Assembly (NCBI GenBank): GCA_965246715.1
Contig: CBDFFH010000005.1
Location: forward strand, 192,001-256,000
DNA: 64,000 nt
Source of the DNA: Chamaesiphon sp.
Lineage (GTDB): Bacteria > Cyanobacteriota > Cyanobacteriia > Cyanobacteriales > Chamaesiphonaceae
Reading direction: 5' to 3'
The notes under the pieces were generated by a model. It worked only from the letters and a program-made list of their open reading frames with translations. It was not told the origin of the DNA and made no database searches. The number at the start of each line of letters is the position of its first letter. Position 1 is the first letter of the stretch. Below, one piece after another: positions 10,613 to 21,191 of this stretch. A program made the translations under genes and the position numbers.

Positions 10613-10816
10613 TAACGTCAGTTCGGGATAAGAATAGCCTCCCCCAGATCCGGGTTCCTCCGCACCAATAACTTAGAACCAAGCACTAGTCCAAGAATGG
10701 TCTAAAAGGGAAATCCTTAACCCGAGCTGACGTTAACTAGTCCGCGTAGGCGGACTTCGTATCGTTAGCCCCGATTTCAATCGGCGGCGTTACTGGAACG
10801 AAGCCAATATGACGTT
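10613..10816. mobile_element. MITE-like family B copy (10613-10735) followed by a REP-like fragment
   Basis: TIR TAACGTCAGTTCGGGATAAG / CTTAACCCGAGCTGACGTTA, then TAGTCCGCGTAGGCGGACT. Confidence 0.7.
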
Positions 10817-10832
10817 AATTAGCAACAGCTTT

Positions 10833-11156
10833 TTATGACTCACACAGCCACTCTGACTTCATTTGATTATTTGCTAGCATTTCACTGATAACTACTTCGA
10901 TGGTAGCTCGATCGAGTCGTTCGACAAATAAGTCTGGGGGTAGAACATATTTAGCTGGCGCATGCTCTACTCCCAGCTCATAAGGCCAAGGGTAACGCGC
11001 CAATAGGAGAAAATCAAAAGTCCACACATTTAGTGCATACCGCCGCCGATCTGGAAGTGTCACCGAAATATTACAAAAGTTCTCAGGAGGTCTATTTGCC
11101 TGTTGACTCGGATCGCCAAGTTCTATTTCCAACCACAGTTCAAATTTTGGGTTCAT
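10833..11156 (-). CDS. Hypothetical protein
   Basis: 107-aa ORF with ATG and globular composition (FCNISVTLPDRRRYALNVWTF). Confidence 0.6.
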   Translation of the reverse strand: MNPKFELWLEIELGDPSQQANRPPENFCNISVTLPDRRRYALNVWTFDFLLLARYPWPYELGVEHAPAKYVLPPDLFVERLDRATIEVVISEMLANNQMKSEWLCES

Positions 11157-11329
11157 GTGTCACGAAACTACGATCGACGATCGGTAGATCGAGCAAATCT
11201 TAGATCGATCGCTCGACTAAAATAAGGATATCTCAATTTCCTTTTAGTTGGAGCGATTTTTACGATCGATAGCCTCGAAAGACACCTAGAGATCCAGGGT
11301 ACCGAGTGGTAAATTTAGGAGGATATTAG

Positions 11330-12397
11330 ATGAAACGATTGATTGTGTGTAGCGATGGTACGTGGCAAAAAATCACCAGTCCGTATCCAACTAATGTAGT
11401 AAAGATTACCCAAGCGATCGCATCCGATCCCGATAATTTAGTTTTCTATGGTGAAGGTATTGGCGTAGGTAATTTTATCGATCGGATTATGGGTGGTGCT
11501 TTTGGTTGGGGCATCGATAAAAATATTCAAGATGCCTACCGTTTTCTATGTTTGAATTATCGTCAAGGTGATGAAATTTATCTATTTGGGTTTAGTCGGG
11601 GAGCTTATACCATCCGCAGTTTAGTGGATTTGATTCGATCGGTTGGGATCCTCCCGCGTCAAGGCGTACGCAAGATTCCGCTCGCCTATAAAACCTATCA
11701 AGATGCCAAAGGTAAGTATGTCGATAAAGGTGAAGCGACTCGCGAAAGTATTAAGTTGCGAGAACTCGATGAAGTTGCCAGATTTCGACTGACGATCGCT
11801 AAAGAATTTGGTAGTGATTATCAAGAAATAGTGCCAATTACCTTATTAAGTTGTTGGGATACCGTCGGTTCGTTAGGTATTCCGCGGATACCCTGGTTGC
11901 CATTCGATCGCTTATTTAATAAAAAATATCAATTTCACAATACCAAACTCAGCAGTACGATCGCTCATGCGCTCCACGCTGTCGCCATTGACGAAAACCG
12001 CAAAGTATTTTTACAAACCCCGATGCAGCCAGCTCAACCAGGACAAGTAACGGAAGTTTGGTTCCCTGGCGGACATGGTTGTGTCGGTGGTGGTACGCAA
12101 GCCAATAGTCCACTGTCTAATGCCGCACTTTTATGGACGATCGAGTCAGTCGAAAATTTGGGTTTGGGTTTAAAATTCGATCGTAGTAAGATCGAAGATG
12201 GGATTGCGACAGATCCACTCGCTCCCTTTGCTAATGAATTAAAGTTTCCCTTTTCCGCAGGCATTAGGGTTATTCCATCAGGGGCAAGCTTTCATGCTAG
12301 TGTGTATCAGCGGTGGCAACTCGATCGCAGCTACCATCCTAAAAATCTCGCAAGTTATCAGGATGTACTAGATGGATCGATCGATAAGATTGCATAA
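11330..12397 (+). CDS. DUF2235 family (Tle1-like alpha/beta hydrolase/phospholipase)
   Basis: IVCSDGTW, TNV, FGFSRGAYTIR, WDTVGSLG, HAVAIDE, EVWFPGGHGCVGGG; AGGAGG RBS. Confidence 0.9.
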   Translation: MKRLIVCSDGTWQKITSPYPTNVVKITQAIASDPDNLVFYGEGIGVGNFIDRIMGGAFGWGIDKNIQDAYRFLCLNYRQGDEIYLFGFSRGAYTIRSLVDLIRSVGILPRQGVRKIPLAYKTYQDAKGKYVDKGEATRESIKLRELDEVARFRLTIAKEFGSDYQEIVPITLLSCWDTVGSLGIPRIPWLPFDRLFNKKYQFHNTKLSSTIAHALHAVAIDENRKVFLQTPMQPAQPGQVTEVWFPGGHGCVGGGTQANSPLSNAALLWTIESVENLGLGLKFDRSKIEDGIATDPLAPFANELKFPFSAGIRVIPSGASFHASVYQRWQLDRSYHPKNLASYQDVLDGSIDKIA

Positions 12398-12464
12398 ACC
12401 GATCGAGCTAATTATCCGTAAGTTAGCGAATAATTAACCGTCGATAAAAACGTTACCATTAACA

Positions 12465-12962
12465 GTGGCTATGTGTAGCTGGCTTCGAGTCAACGGAATT
12501 GTCAAACAGGGTCATGGTGTCGCATCTGGCCGCTCGGGCGATCCGCGTTTCCCTAATGGGACGATCGCCATGCAGAAGCCTTTTTTCAAGGAAAGAGGAC
12601 TAGATCTCGATCGCTATTTTCCTGGTACGATTAATGTCTCGATCGACCCTTACAAATACGCGATCGTTCGCGCTAAATATACATTTAGAGATGTCAAGTG
12701 GGCTTCAGCAGCACCAAGTGAGGATTTTTCATTTTTCGACTGTCGGCTGTTACTAAATAACGGTACAAAGCTAGCAGGATTAATTTACTATCCACATCCC
12801 GATACCAAACCAGAACACTTTCAAGATCCTGATATTCTTGAGATTATGACTGAGTTGATTCAAGGTTTAGAATATGGAGACAAGTTAATTGTCGAAATGG
12901 ATGAGCTGCAGATCGACATTTCATGCATTAATATGGCTCTCGATCGACAAGTTAAGGATTGA
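12465..12962 (+). CDS. Hypothetical protein, possibly CTP-dependent riboflavin-kinase-like barrel
   Basis: GIVKQGHGVASG...YFPGTINV...LEIM resembles the G-V-x-G-x-G / PGTLN / E motifs. Function uncertain. Confidence 0.6.
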   Translation: MAMCSWLRVNGIVKQGHGVASGRSGDPRFPNGTIAMQKPFFKERGLDLDRYFPGTINVSIDPYKYAIVRAKYTFRDVKWASAAPSEDFSFFDCRLLLNNGTKLAGLIYYPHPDTKPEHFQDPDILEIMTELIQGLEYGDKLIVEMDELQIDISCINMALDRQVKD

Positions 12963-13002
12963 ATAGATCGATAACGATCGACATAGCCGATCGACTAATA
13001 TT

Positions 13003-13255
13003 TAACCTGAGTTCGGGATAATAGAGCCTGAAGACTGAAGTCTCGGCTCATGATGCAAAGTCCGGTTGTTGCCGCGAGCGGCAAAAGCCTGCCTTCGCGG
13101 ACTATTCTCTGAGTCCGCGAAGGCGGACTTTGCAACACTAGCACCGATTTGCGAAAAGTGCGGTCTTGGGGTTTCCCCAAGTAGAGCACCTTTTCAAGAC
13201 ACAATCGAGTGCGGTGTGAGAACGTAGCAAATATCTTTAACCCGAACTGATGTTA
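13003..13255. mobile_element. MITE-like family B copy containing a REP doublet and nested small repeats
   Basis: TIR TAACCTGAGTTCGGGATAA / TTAACCCGAACTGATGTTA. Internal GCCTTCGCGGACT...AGTCCGCGAAGGC and CTTGGGGTTTCCCCAAG hairpins. Confidence 0.75.
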
Positions 13256-13293
13256 TCTATCATTACTTACCTTCGCCTTACACACATAGCACC

Positions 13294-14424
13294 TTGGACA
13301 TTTATCAACTCGCAGTCCGTCCCCTGTTATTCTCCGCACTCAAAGCCGATCCGGAAGTAGTCCACAAGCAGTCTTTAGCGTTATTACACGCGATCGATTC
13401 GACTCCTAAGTCTCCACTATCCAAACTCTTTAAAGCAAGCGTTCAGCAGTATTTTTGTCGGTCTGACGATCGATTGTCACAGTCATTATTCGGGCTAAAT
13501 TTCCCCAATCCTGTCGGGTTGGCGGCTGGTTTCGATAAGGATGGAATCGCGGCGGGAATGTGGCAATATTTAGGCTTTGGCTTTGCCGAATTGGGGACGG
13601 TGACTTACCATGCGCAACCTGGAAATCCGCAGCCGAGATTGTTCCGACTCCCCCAAGATCGCGCGGCGTTAAATCGGATGGGATTTAATAATCTGGGCAG
13701 CGAGGCAATGGCGATAGCCCTCAATCAGCGTCAACGTAGCGATTTTGGCATTCCGATCGGGATTAATTTAGGTAAGTCCAAGATAACCCCATTAGAAGCT
13801 GCGGCGGCGGATTATTTAGGGAGTTTTCAACGGCTGCAAGATCTGGGTGACTACTTCGTTATCAATGTCAGTTCGCCAAATACACCGAACTTACGCGACT
13901 TACAGGCGATCGAACCGTTGCGGATAATTTTTGATACTTTACAACAGGAAAATCAATGTCGCAAACCAATTTTAGTCAAAATTGCGCCCGATCTGGCGTG
14001 GGAAGATATCGCCGCTGTCGTCGAACTATCTCAAGCTTATCAACTAGCTGGAATTATCGCCACGAATACCACGATCGATCGATCGCAATTAACCACTCAA
14101 ATAATTGCCGCGACAGGTAAAAAAGTTACCGAAGAAGCCGGCGGCATCAGCGGCGCACCAGTGCGCGAAAAGTCTACCGCAGTCATCCGCTTTATCCATC
14201 AGCAGACGGGTGGTAAACTGCCGATTATCGGTGTCGGTGGGATCTTTACCGCTGAGGATGCGTGGGAGAAAATTACCGCAGGAGCGAGTCTGATTCAAGT
14301 TTACACGGGTTGGACTTATAATGGCCCGTGGATGGTCGATCGGATCTTAACTGGATTATCGGCAAAATTAGAATCGTGTGGTTTATTATCGATCTCCGCA
14401 GCCATTGGCAATGAATCGGTGTAG
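13294..14424 (+). CDS. pyrD: Quinone-dependent dihydroorotate dehydrogenase
   Basis: NPVGLAAGFDK, NRMGFNN, NVSSPNTP, VKIAPD, GGISG, IGVGGI; TTG start. Confidence 0.96.
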   Translation: MDIYQLAVRPLLFSALKADPEVVHKQSLALLHAIDSTPKSPLSKLFKASVQQYFCRSDDRLSQSLFGLNFPNPVGLAAGFDKDGIAAGMWQYLGFGFAELGTVTYHAQPGNPQPRLFRLPQDRAALNRMGFNNLGSEAMAIALNQRQRSDFGIPIGINLGKSKITPLEAAAADYLGSFQRLQDLGDYFVINVSSPNTPNLRDLQAIEPLRIIFDTLQQENQCRKPILVKIAPDLAWEDIAAVVELSQAYQLAGIIATNTTIDRSQLTTQIIAATGKKVTEEAGGISGAPVREKSTAVIRFIHQQTGGKLPIIGVGGIFTAEDAWEKITAGASLIQVYTGWTYNGPWMVDRILTGLSAKLESCGLLSISAAIGNESV

Positions 14425-14439
14425 CTCCAGATAAATAAA

Positions 14440-14471
14440 AAGGGCTGGTAAATAATTATTTACCAGCCCTT
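14440..14471. terminator. Perfect palindrome downstream of pyrD
   Basis: AAGGGCTGGTAAATAATTATTTACCAGCCCTT. Confidence 0.65.
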
Positions 14472-14903
14472 CAAAGCTTAAACCCCGATTTCCCTTAATA
14501 ATGGTGAATTTAAAATAAGACCAACATTACTAAAAAAGAATTATTAGATTCGGATGACTAGTTTGAAAAGATTTAAATTAGCGTCTCGAACCTATGTGTA
14601 AAATATAACTTTATCGATCTGGAGATGGCATCAGCCATTTGATGTAAGCCAGATCGTCAGCCAATTTACCGAAGTGAGAACTAGTTAGCTCCAATTGCAT
14701 CGCGACGCTCGAAAATCGATCGATCGGCATCAAGATCGCTCTCCTAGCAATCGGCTTAACCCCATCTGATAGTGGATTTTCAGCAGTCAAAATTTGGCAA
14801 ATCTCCGAGCGCTACATATTGGTAGAAAATGCCGATCGAGGCGAATTCACACTGAATGTCTCAATTTGCGGAATAATCGTATTACTACCGATCGATAAAT
14901 GAT

Positions 14904-15674
14904 ATGAGTTTGTGGTTTAAACGGTTAATCGCAGCCATCTTTCTAGGCGGACAAGCGATCGTTCATATTCTTAAGGGTAGATTTAACTATCCGAATATTG
15001 TCGAGCAAATGGCGCTAGTGGGGCCTGAGTCGCTGTTAATCGCCCTTGTAACATCAACGACGATCGGGATGGTATTTACAATCCAGGTGGCACGAGAATT
15101 TATTAATATCGGTGCGGGACAAGTCGTTGGCGGAGTCCTCTCACTCGCACTCACTCGCGAACTCGCTCCCGTACTCACAGCAGTAGTATTAGCTGGGAGA
15201 GTCGGTTCTGCGTTTGCAGCAGAACTCGGTACGATGAAAGTCAGCGAACAAATCGATGCACTGTATATTCTCAAAACCGATCCTGTCGATTATTTAGTGA
15301 TTCCGCGTTTGGTAGCTTGTTGTGTGATGTTGCCATTGCTGACGATTTTAGCGATCGTCACTGGAATGCTCGGTGGATTAATCATTGCAACTACGCTCTT
15401 TGGGATCTCGGGACGCGTATTTTTAGACTCGGCTCGCAATTTTTTAGATGCTTGGGATATCTGTAGCGCACCGATTAAGGCCGTTTGTTTCGGCGCGTTG
15501 ATTGCGATTATCGGTTGTAGTTGGGGAATGACGACGACAGGTGGTGCAAAGGGGGTGGGTCAATCGACGACTACGGCTGTCGTGACATCGTTATTAGCGA
15601 TTTTTGTCTCCAACTTTTTTCTGTCTTGGATTATGTTTCAAGGCTCTGGTAGTGCGGGATCTAAAGCTTTATAG
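14904..15674 (+). CDS. mlaE: MlaE family lipid ABC transporter permease
   Basis: RELAPVLTAVVLAGRVGSAFAAELGTMKVSEQIDAL, GGAKGVG. Confidence 0.93.
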   Translation: MSLWFKRLIAAIFLGGQAIVHILKGRFNYPNIVEQMALVGPESLLIALVTSTTIGMVFTIQVAREFINIGAGQVVGGVLSLALTRELAPVLTAVVLAGRVGSAFAAELGTMKVSEQIDALYILKTDPVDYLVIPRLVACCVMLPLLTILAIVTGMLGGLIIATTLFGISGRVFLDSARNFLDAWDICSAPIKAVCFGALIAIIGCSWGMTTTGGAKGVGQSTTTAVVTSLLAIFVSNFFLSWIMFQGSGSAGSKAL

Positions 15675-15689
15675 GTAGGGGATAGTAGT

Positions 15690-15779
15690 TAACGTCGGTT
15701 CGGGATAAGAAGAGCCTAGAGACTTCAATCGAGGGCGGTACTCGAACGAAGCAAATATCCTTAACCCGAACTGATGCTA
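15690..15779. mobile_element. Short MITE-like family B copy
   Basis: TIR TAACGTCGGTTCGGGATAAG / CTTAACCCGAACTGATGCTA. Flanks GGATAGTAGT / GTTTAGTAGT look like a degenerate 10-bp TSD. Confidence 0.7.
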
Positions 15780-15781
15780 GT

Positions 15782-16657
15782 TTAGTAGTCGAGCAAGAGA
15801 TCGATCGAGTTATTTGCCTGACTTTGATAACTGCCACCGAAGAGGTTGTAGTGATTGAGGATATGGTAAAGGTTGTATAAATGCTTGCGACGCTCGTAGC
15901 CTGGAGCTAATGGATATACCGACGAGTAACCATGGTAAAAAGCCGCCGGAAAGCCCCCAAATAGCTCCGTCATCGCCAAGTCTACCTCTCGATCGCCCCA
16001 ATAGGTAGCAGGGTCGAAGATGACGGGTTCTGTGGCTGTAAAACTGGCATTCCCACCCCACAGATCGCCATGTACTAAAGATGGTTGTGGGTAACGCTCG
16101 GCTAAAATAGCAGGAATCGCCGCCAGTAATCGATCGGCTTGCGGAAAATGACCGCCCTTGCGCTGGGCGAGTTGGAGCTGATAACCGATCCGATGGTTTT
16201 TAAAAAAAGTCGTCCAATCGGTTTCCCAAGTATTAATTTGGGGAGTCGATCCGATCGTGTTATTTACATGCCAGCCAAACTTAGGAGTACTGCTAATCCG
16301 ATAATCGTGCATTGCTGCGAGATTGCGTCCCAGTTGTATCCAGTCTTTGGGATTTGCTCGACTCGTTAAATCCAGACATTCTAAAACTAAATAACTATTA
16401 CTCGCTGTAATCCCCCAACAAATCGGAACGGGGACTTTAATCGTTGCGGTCACCGCTAGCTCCTGTAATCCCTTGGCTTCAGCCACAAACATGTCGATGA
16501 GAGTTGGCTGATTGAGTTTGATAAAATAGCGATGTTGGCCATCGTCACTAATAACATATGTCTGATTGATACAGCCACCACCGACAGATTTGCGATCGAG
16601 ATTCTCGAATGTTTTCCCTATAGCTTGACCGAGTTGACTTGCAATTTTACTCCACAT
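15782..16657 (-). CDS. Fructosamine kinase family protein
   Basis: VGGGCIN, LVHGDLWGGN, IFDPATYWGDREVDLAMTELFGGF. Confidence 0.93.
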   Translation of the reverse strand: MWSKIASQLGQAIGKTFENLDRKSVGGGCINQTYVISDDGQHRYFIKLNQPTLIDMFVAEAKGLQELAVTATIKVPVPICWGITASNSYLVLECLDLTSRANPKDWIQLGRNLAAMHDYRISSTPKFGWHVNNTIGSTPQINTWETDWTTFFKNHRIGYQLQLAQRKGGHFPQADRLLAAIPAILAERYPQPSLVHGDLWGGNASFTATEPVIFDPATYWGDREVDLAMTELFGGFPAAFYHGYSSVYPLAPGYERRKHLYNLYHILNHYNLFGGSYQSQANNSIDLLLDY

Positions 16658-16691
16658 CTGATGCTCTTCCCCTTGCAGTACGTTCTCAATT

Positions 16692-17070
16692 TTAAGTAAC
16701 TGGCGGGAGGATGGATGTTAGATCGATCGAGATATTTGGAAATGCTAATGGCGAATATCTATTCGGTTCGGATAAAATGAGTCGATCTGTATAGCCTGTC
16801 GCAGTCGGGTTACGGAAGATATTTAACTGACGATTTTTGAGATCTACCACCCAGTATTCCATAATTCCAGCATGGGCATAGAATTTATCTTTAACCTCAC
16901 AATCCTGCTTGAGCGTCGAGTCTGCTACCTCTACTACTAAATATATATCTTCAGGATAAGGGTGATGCTCGGTATAATCGAGGACCGTTCCTTTCACAAT
17001 AGCTAAATCTGGTTCTGGTTCGGAGAAATTATCTAATTGAATCGGATCTTGAGTCCGAATCAAATCACTA
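16692..17070 (-). pseudogene. Uma2 family endonuclease, C-terminal part only (5' end lost at the IS junction)
   Basis: QDPIQL..SEPEPDLAIV, LVVEVADSTL, AGIMEYWVVDL. Homology stops at the IS end and does not resume beyond the IS. Confidence 0.8.
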
Positions 17071-17071
17071 G

Positions 17072-18209
17072 GGGAGCATCCCACTTTTTATTTAGCGATC
17101 GCAAATTAACCCGTTGAGGTAGGCGCAGCGATGCGCTAATACTTGAGGAACATTTTCAGATTTCCACTGCGCTCCAGAAATTTTAGTCCGGCGATCGATC
17201 TGTTTAATTGTAGACTCAATGGAACCAGAACCAATAGAGCAGATTTGTTCGGCTTGAAAATAATAATAATTAATTATCCGATGACGATGTTTCTCTAAAT
17301 AAGCACAAAAGTTTTCAGCTTGCTTGAGATTACAATCACCAAACAACTTAATCGTCTCATCAACTTTTCCGTACCAGAGTAATTCTCTGGCTGCAAATAA
17401 TCTTTGGTTGGAACCGCCAATTTTATGGAGATTTTCCATCAAATGAAACCAGTCGAGAATTTCTCTTCTTTCACCAATAGGTACAAATTCCTTGATGATA
17501 TTCCATACCCCGTCATGGCCATCACCTAAGCAAGTAACAACTGGAGCTAATTCTTGACTATTTACCCAATTAACGATCGTCTCATTTTCTTGAAATGATG
17601 ATGCAATTTTTTGCTGTTGATGTAGTACTGTTGCTTTGTATCCTTTCCAGCTACACACCTCTCCCTTTGGGGTTCTCACTCGAATATTCCCCCCATCTAC
17701 ACTCAATTCTGCCACGGGTGTCTCAGCTTGAGGCAATTCAAATTCTTGTCTGTGAATTAACCTCTGTTGGGCACTTTTTGATATCTCCACTCCAGTTAAA
17801 TATTTGACTTCCTCTGTTGTCCTTTCGTAAGAAATTGATGCACTTATACGCAAGCAACAAGCTTCCAAATACGGACTGATTTGGGTATGACTTTTGATAT
17901 TTAGCTTGGCTGCCTGTTTGCTTGTGATTGCTAATTCTCCAATTATGCTTTGGATCTGTCTTTTATATCCTCCAGTTTCGACTGTGACATTTTCGATAAA
18001 AAAATTCCGACGGATGGCATCACATACTCTTGCATTCTCGCTCTCACCGCTTCTTCGATTTTTCCTAAGCTTGTTAGTTCTTCTTTTGGTGTATTTTTAT
18101 ACAATATTTTGGCAATAGCTTTTGTGTGTCGATCGAGTTCTTTTTGCTCTTCTGGACTCATTACACTACCTTAGTTTACTTGACCCCATTATCTCAAGAT
18201 TATGCTCCC
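17072..18209 (-). mobile_element. ISKra4-family insertion sequence; transposase in two frames (18161-17943 and about 18000-17092)
   Basis: Ends GGGAGCAT / ATGCTCCC. DDE motifs SVDGG, LGDGHDGVW, LDWFH, IGSGSIES. T7 run near 18000 at the frame switch. No matching TSD. Confidence 0.85.
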
Positions 18210-18264
18210 TCTGCTGCTATTTTCACCAGATTTCTCGATCGCCATACTAGTACATACGCTTTAT

Positions 18265-20154
18265 CTACATAAAACTCACTAACCCCTTACCATCAGCATC
18301 TTTACATCCATCCTCACACTTGAGAAAATAGCCCTTCTTCACTTTCTTTGTAGGTACTTTAGACATGGGTTTGCTACAAGTCGGACATTTAGAGCGCGAT
18401 TTCTCCAGTTCCTTACCCTGGAACGATCCATAATCCTGCTCCGGTAGATTCTTAGTAGCCCTACTTAATGCTGGCGCAAAATAGCTTCGGTTCCACTCAA
18501 TTAGGTAACTTTGCCATTCCTGCTGACCCTTGGAGATTGCATCGAGTTGAGTTTCCATCCCAGCCGTGAATTCCGATTGAATCAGCTCCGGTAAAGCTTG
18601 CATCAGAAAATCATCCACTTGCAAACCCACAGTCGTCGGTTGCACTTTGCTCTTGACTAACTCGACATAATTACGCTGCTTGAGCGTGGCAATCGTCGGC
18701 GCGTAAGTCGAAGGACGACCGATGCCCTTACGTTCCATCAATTGAACGAGTTTTGGCTCGGAGTATCGCGGTGGTGGCTGGGTCTGTTTCTGCTCGTGAC
18801 TGACATTTGCTGCGGTAAGTGGTTGTTTTGGTTGCAAGCTGGGTAGGACAGCATCACCGCTAATGTCCTTCCAATACTTGGCATAGCCCGCAAATTCGAG
18901 CATTTGACCTCTAGCTTGCCATTGGATCTCGCCAGATTGGGTAACGATCGTGGTTTTACGAATCTGTGCGGGTTTACATTGAGAGGCGATCGATCTCATC
19001 CAAATCATCACGTACAGGGCGAATTCATCCTCTGAAAGCTGCTGTTTGAGTTCGCTTGATGCTTTGGTGATATCCGTCGGTCTGACCGCTTCATGGGCTT
19101 CTTGAGCGTCTTTAGCACTGCGCTGTTTAGAAACTTTTGTCGGTACATTATCTTTGTCATGGGACATCAGCCATTCCCGTGCCGCTTTACAGAAATCCTG
19201 ACTGAGTTCGACTGAATCAGTCCGCATATAGGTAATCAGTCCAGCTTCATAGAGCTTCTGAGCGACTGACATCGTATGTTCGGGGCTGAACTTCAGCCGC
19301 GCTCCTGCGGCTTGTTGGAGCGAGGAAGTGATAAATGGGGCAGGTGGCTTTTTAGGGGCGAGTTTACCTTCGATCGATTTAACTTGATGGGGATGAGATT
19401 TGCCGATCTCGACTAACCTTTCGGCTTCAGCTTGACTCAGTACCCGCGTCGATTCGGCGACTTTTTCGATTGCTCCGGCATCGTCGTTAGTTTCCTCGTC
19501 TGGGGCTGGTGAAATAGCTTGAGCTGTACCGTTGTAGAAGGCACGGAAACCTTCGGCATAGTCTACAAATACCGACCAGTAATCTTGAGGTATGAAGGCT
19601 TGAATTTCTCGCTCTCGTTGACAGACTAAATGGAGAGTTGCAGATTGCACCCGCCCGACGCTTTTCGCACCGTTATTGAGTCGCCAGATTAGGGGCGATC
19701 CTTTGTAACCTACGAGCTTATCCAAACAATCCCGACACCTACCTGCTTCTACTAGAGCCATGTCTAGGGAGCGGGGAGAAGCAATTGCTTTCCTAACAGC
19801 GGACTCGGTAATTTCCTGATAGACAACCCGCTGAGGCTGTTTGAGCTTCAACACCTGGGCAATGTGCCAGCCAATTACTTCACCTTCCCGATCGGGATCT
19901 GAGGCGATGAATACTTTGTCGGCTCGTTCGGCTGCGGAAATTAGTCCGGCGATCGTCTGTTTAGCGCGATCGTCGCGGGGAATGTAGCGACAGTCGATCG
20001 TATTTGAACCCAATTCAAACCCTAACGCACCATCTCCATCATTGGCGAGTTGGCGAATATGTCCGATCGATGCCTTTACATCCCAGTCGGAGCCGAGGAT
20101 ACTCCTCAGCTTTTTGATTTTGCCAGCAGATTCAACAATCAGCAGATTTCGCAT
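18265..20154 (-). CDS. topA: Type IA DNA topoisomerase (mobile-element type, possibly 3'-shortened)
   Basis: LLIVES, ASDPDREGE, SVGRVQS, ITYMRTD, QEAHEAVRPT, GIGRPSTYA, one C-terminal Zn ribbon. Confidence 0.9.
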   Translation of the reverse strand: MRNLLIVESAGKIKKLRSILGSDWDVKASIGHIRQLANDGDGALGFELGSNTIDCRYIPRDDRAKQTIAGLISAAERADKVFIASDPDREGEVIGWHIAQVLKLKQPQRVVYQEITESAVRKAIASPRSLDMALVEAGRCRDCLDKLVGYKGSPLIWRLNNGAKSVGRVQSATLHLVCQREREIQAFIPQDYWSVFVDYAEGFRAFYNGTAQAISPAPDEETNDDAGAIEKVAESTRVLSQAEAERLVEIGKSHPHQVKSIEGKLAPKKPPAPFITSSLQQAAGARLKFSPEHTMSVAQKLYEAGLITYMRTDSVELSQDFCKAAREWLMSHDKDNVPTKVSKQRSAKDAQEAHEAVRPTDITKASSELKQQLSEDEFALYVMIWMRSIASQCKPAQIRKTTIVTQSGEIQWQARGQMLEFAGYAKYWKDISGDAVLPSLQPKQPLTAANVSHEQKQTQPPPRYSEPKLVQLMERKGIGRPSTYAPTIATLKQRNYVELVKSKVQPTTVGLQVDDFLMQALPELIQSEFTAGMETQLDAISKGQQEWQSYLIEWNRSYFAPALSRATKNLPEQDYGSFQGKELEKSRSKCPTCSKPMSKVPTKKVKKGYFLKCEDGCKDADGKGLVSFM

Positions 20155-20187
20155 AAATTTAGGTGAACTGAGATTTGGCTAGACGAT

Positions 20188-20209
20188 TACCTACGGTAGG
20201 CTTCGCCAA
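20188..20209 (-). repeat. 22-bp mini-element inserted at CGAT|CG
   Basis: TACCTACGGTAGGCTTCGCCAA, identical to copies at 30661 and 49433. Confidence 0.8.
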
Positions 20210-20322
20210 CGAGTGAAGATCGTTCGATCCACAATAATATAATTATTGCTAATAAATAAGGGCAAGTGCTTACCACTTACAGAACCAAAAAAGGTCGATC
20301 GCCAATCTCAATATAGGAAAAA

Positions 20323-20859
20323 CTAGGCATTAACTTCTCGATTAGGAACGAAAGTACAGAGAATTCCTTCTCTATCCTTAAAAAAGTCAGTTTCAGATAT
20401 CCGATCTAATAAAGTATTTTCACTGAAATCGGCATCGATTACCCTTCCATCTTCAAATACGATAAATTGTCCACCGTATCGATTGATTAATTCGGGAAGA
20501 TGAACGTTGAAGGATTTTTCTTGTTCTTTGAGATAATCATAAGCATCCTGACTCCAAAATAAGTCTCGGACGGTATAGGTGAAAGGATTGCCATCTCGAT
20601 CGACAGCATGAATGATATCTTCCGCCTGAGTGTCTTCTAAATCTGATTTTAAATCTTCTACATTTTCAGAGCTTTGGGCTGTGCTCAGTTTTGTGGTGTG
20701 ACAAACTCGTTCGCCATTAGCAGCAATTTCATTCCGTTGTTGCTCGATTGGTTGTTGGAGTTGTTCGAGTAGACTATCCCGATCTTCAAGGGGAAGACTC
20801 GCGTTGGCGCAGCCTAGCCTCTGGCTAATCGCTTGAACGATTTCTCTATAATTCGTCAT
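20323..20859 (-). CDS. Hypothetical protein, C-terminal DUF5678-like domain
   Basis: GGAGG RBS; C-terminal LINRYGGQFIVFEDGRVIDAD pattern. Confidence 0.65.
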   Translation of the reverse strand: MTNYREIVQAISQRLGCANASLPLEDRDSLLEQLQQPIEQQRNEIAANGERVCHTTKLSTAQSSENVEDLKSDLEDTQAEDIIHAVDRDGNPFTYTVRDLFWSQDAYDYLKEQEKSFNVHLPELINRYGGQFIVFEDGRVIDADFSENTLLDRISETDFFKDREGILCTFVPNREVNA

Positions 20860-21191
20860 GTTGCAATACCTCCAAAGACCGCTCTGGATTAATTTTTAGC
20901 TCCTTTGATGATACTACCTCCTATCCTCTCGTAGGATCGAACAGTTGTTTAGGGCTGATACTGACAGTCTAAATTTACCGATGGCAATCGACCTCTAGGA
21001 TCTTCGCGATCGCCGATAAACATTGCACTTAGTTTGTTACTTAGTAACATATCTAGAACGTTAAGTAATAAACCTAATCTAGGATTAACCAGAAATGAGG
21101 TATTAAATTTAATTGCAAAGTCTAATACAAGTAATGGACTAAGCGATCGCTCCCCCGATCCGATGGATGAATGATTCCATACTTATGCTCA

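Noticed and set aside
12995..13204. 69-aa ORF
   Set aside because: It lies wholly within a MITE/REP element
8036..15779. CRISPR array from recurring palindromic repeats
   Set aside because: The repeats are dispersed, without regular repeat-spacer periodicity, and no cas genes are present
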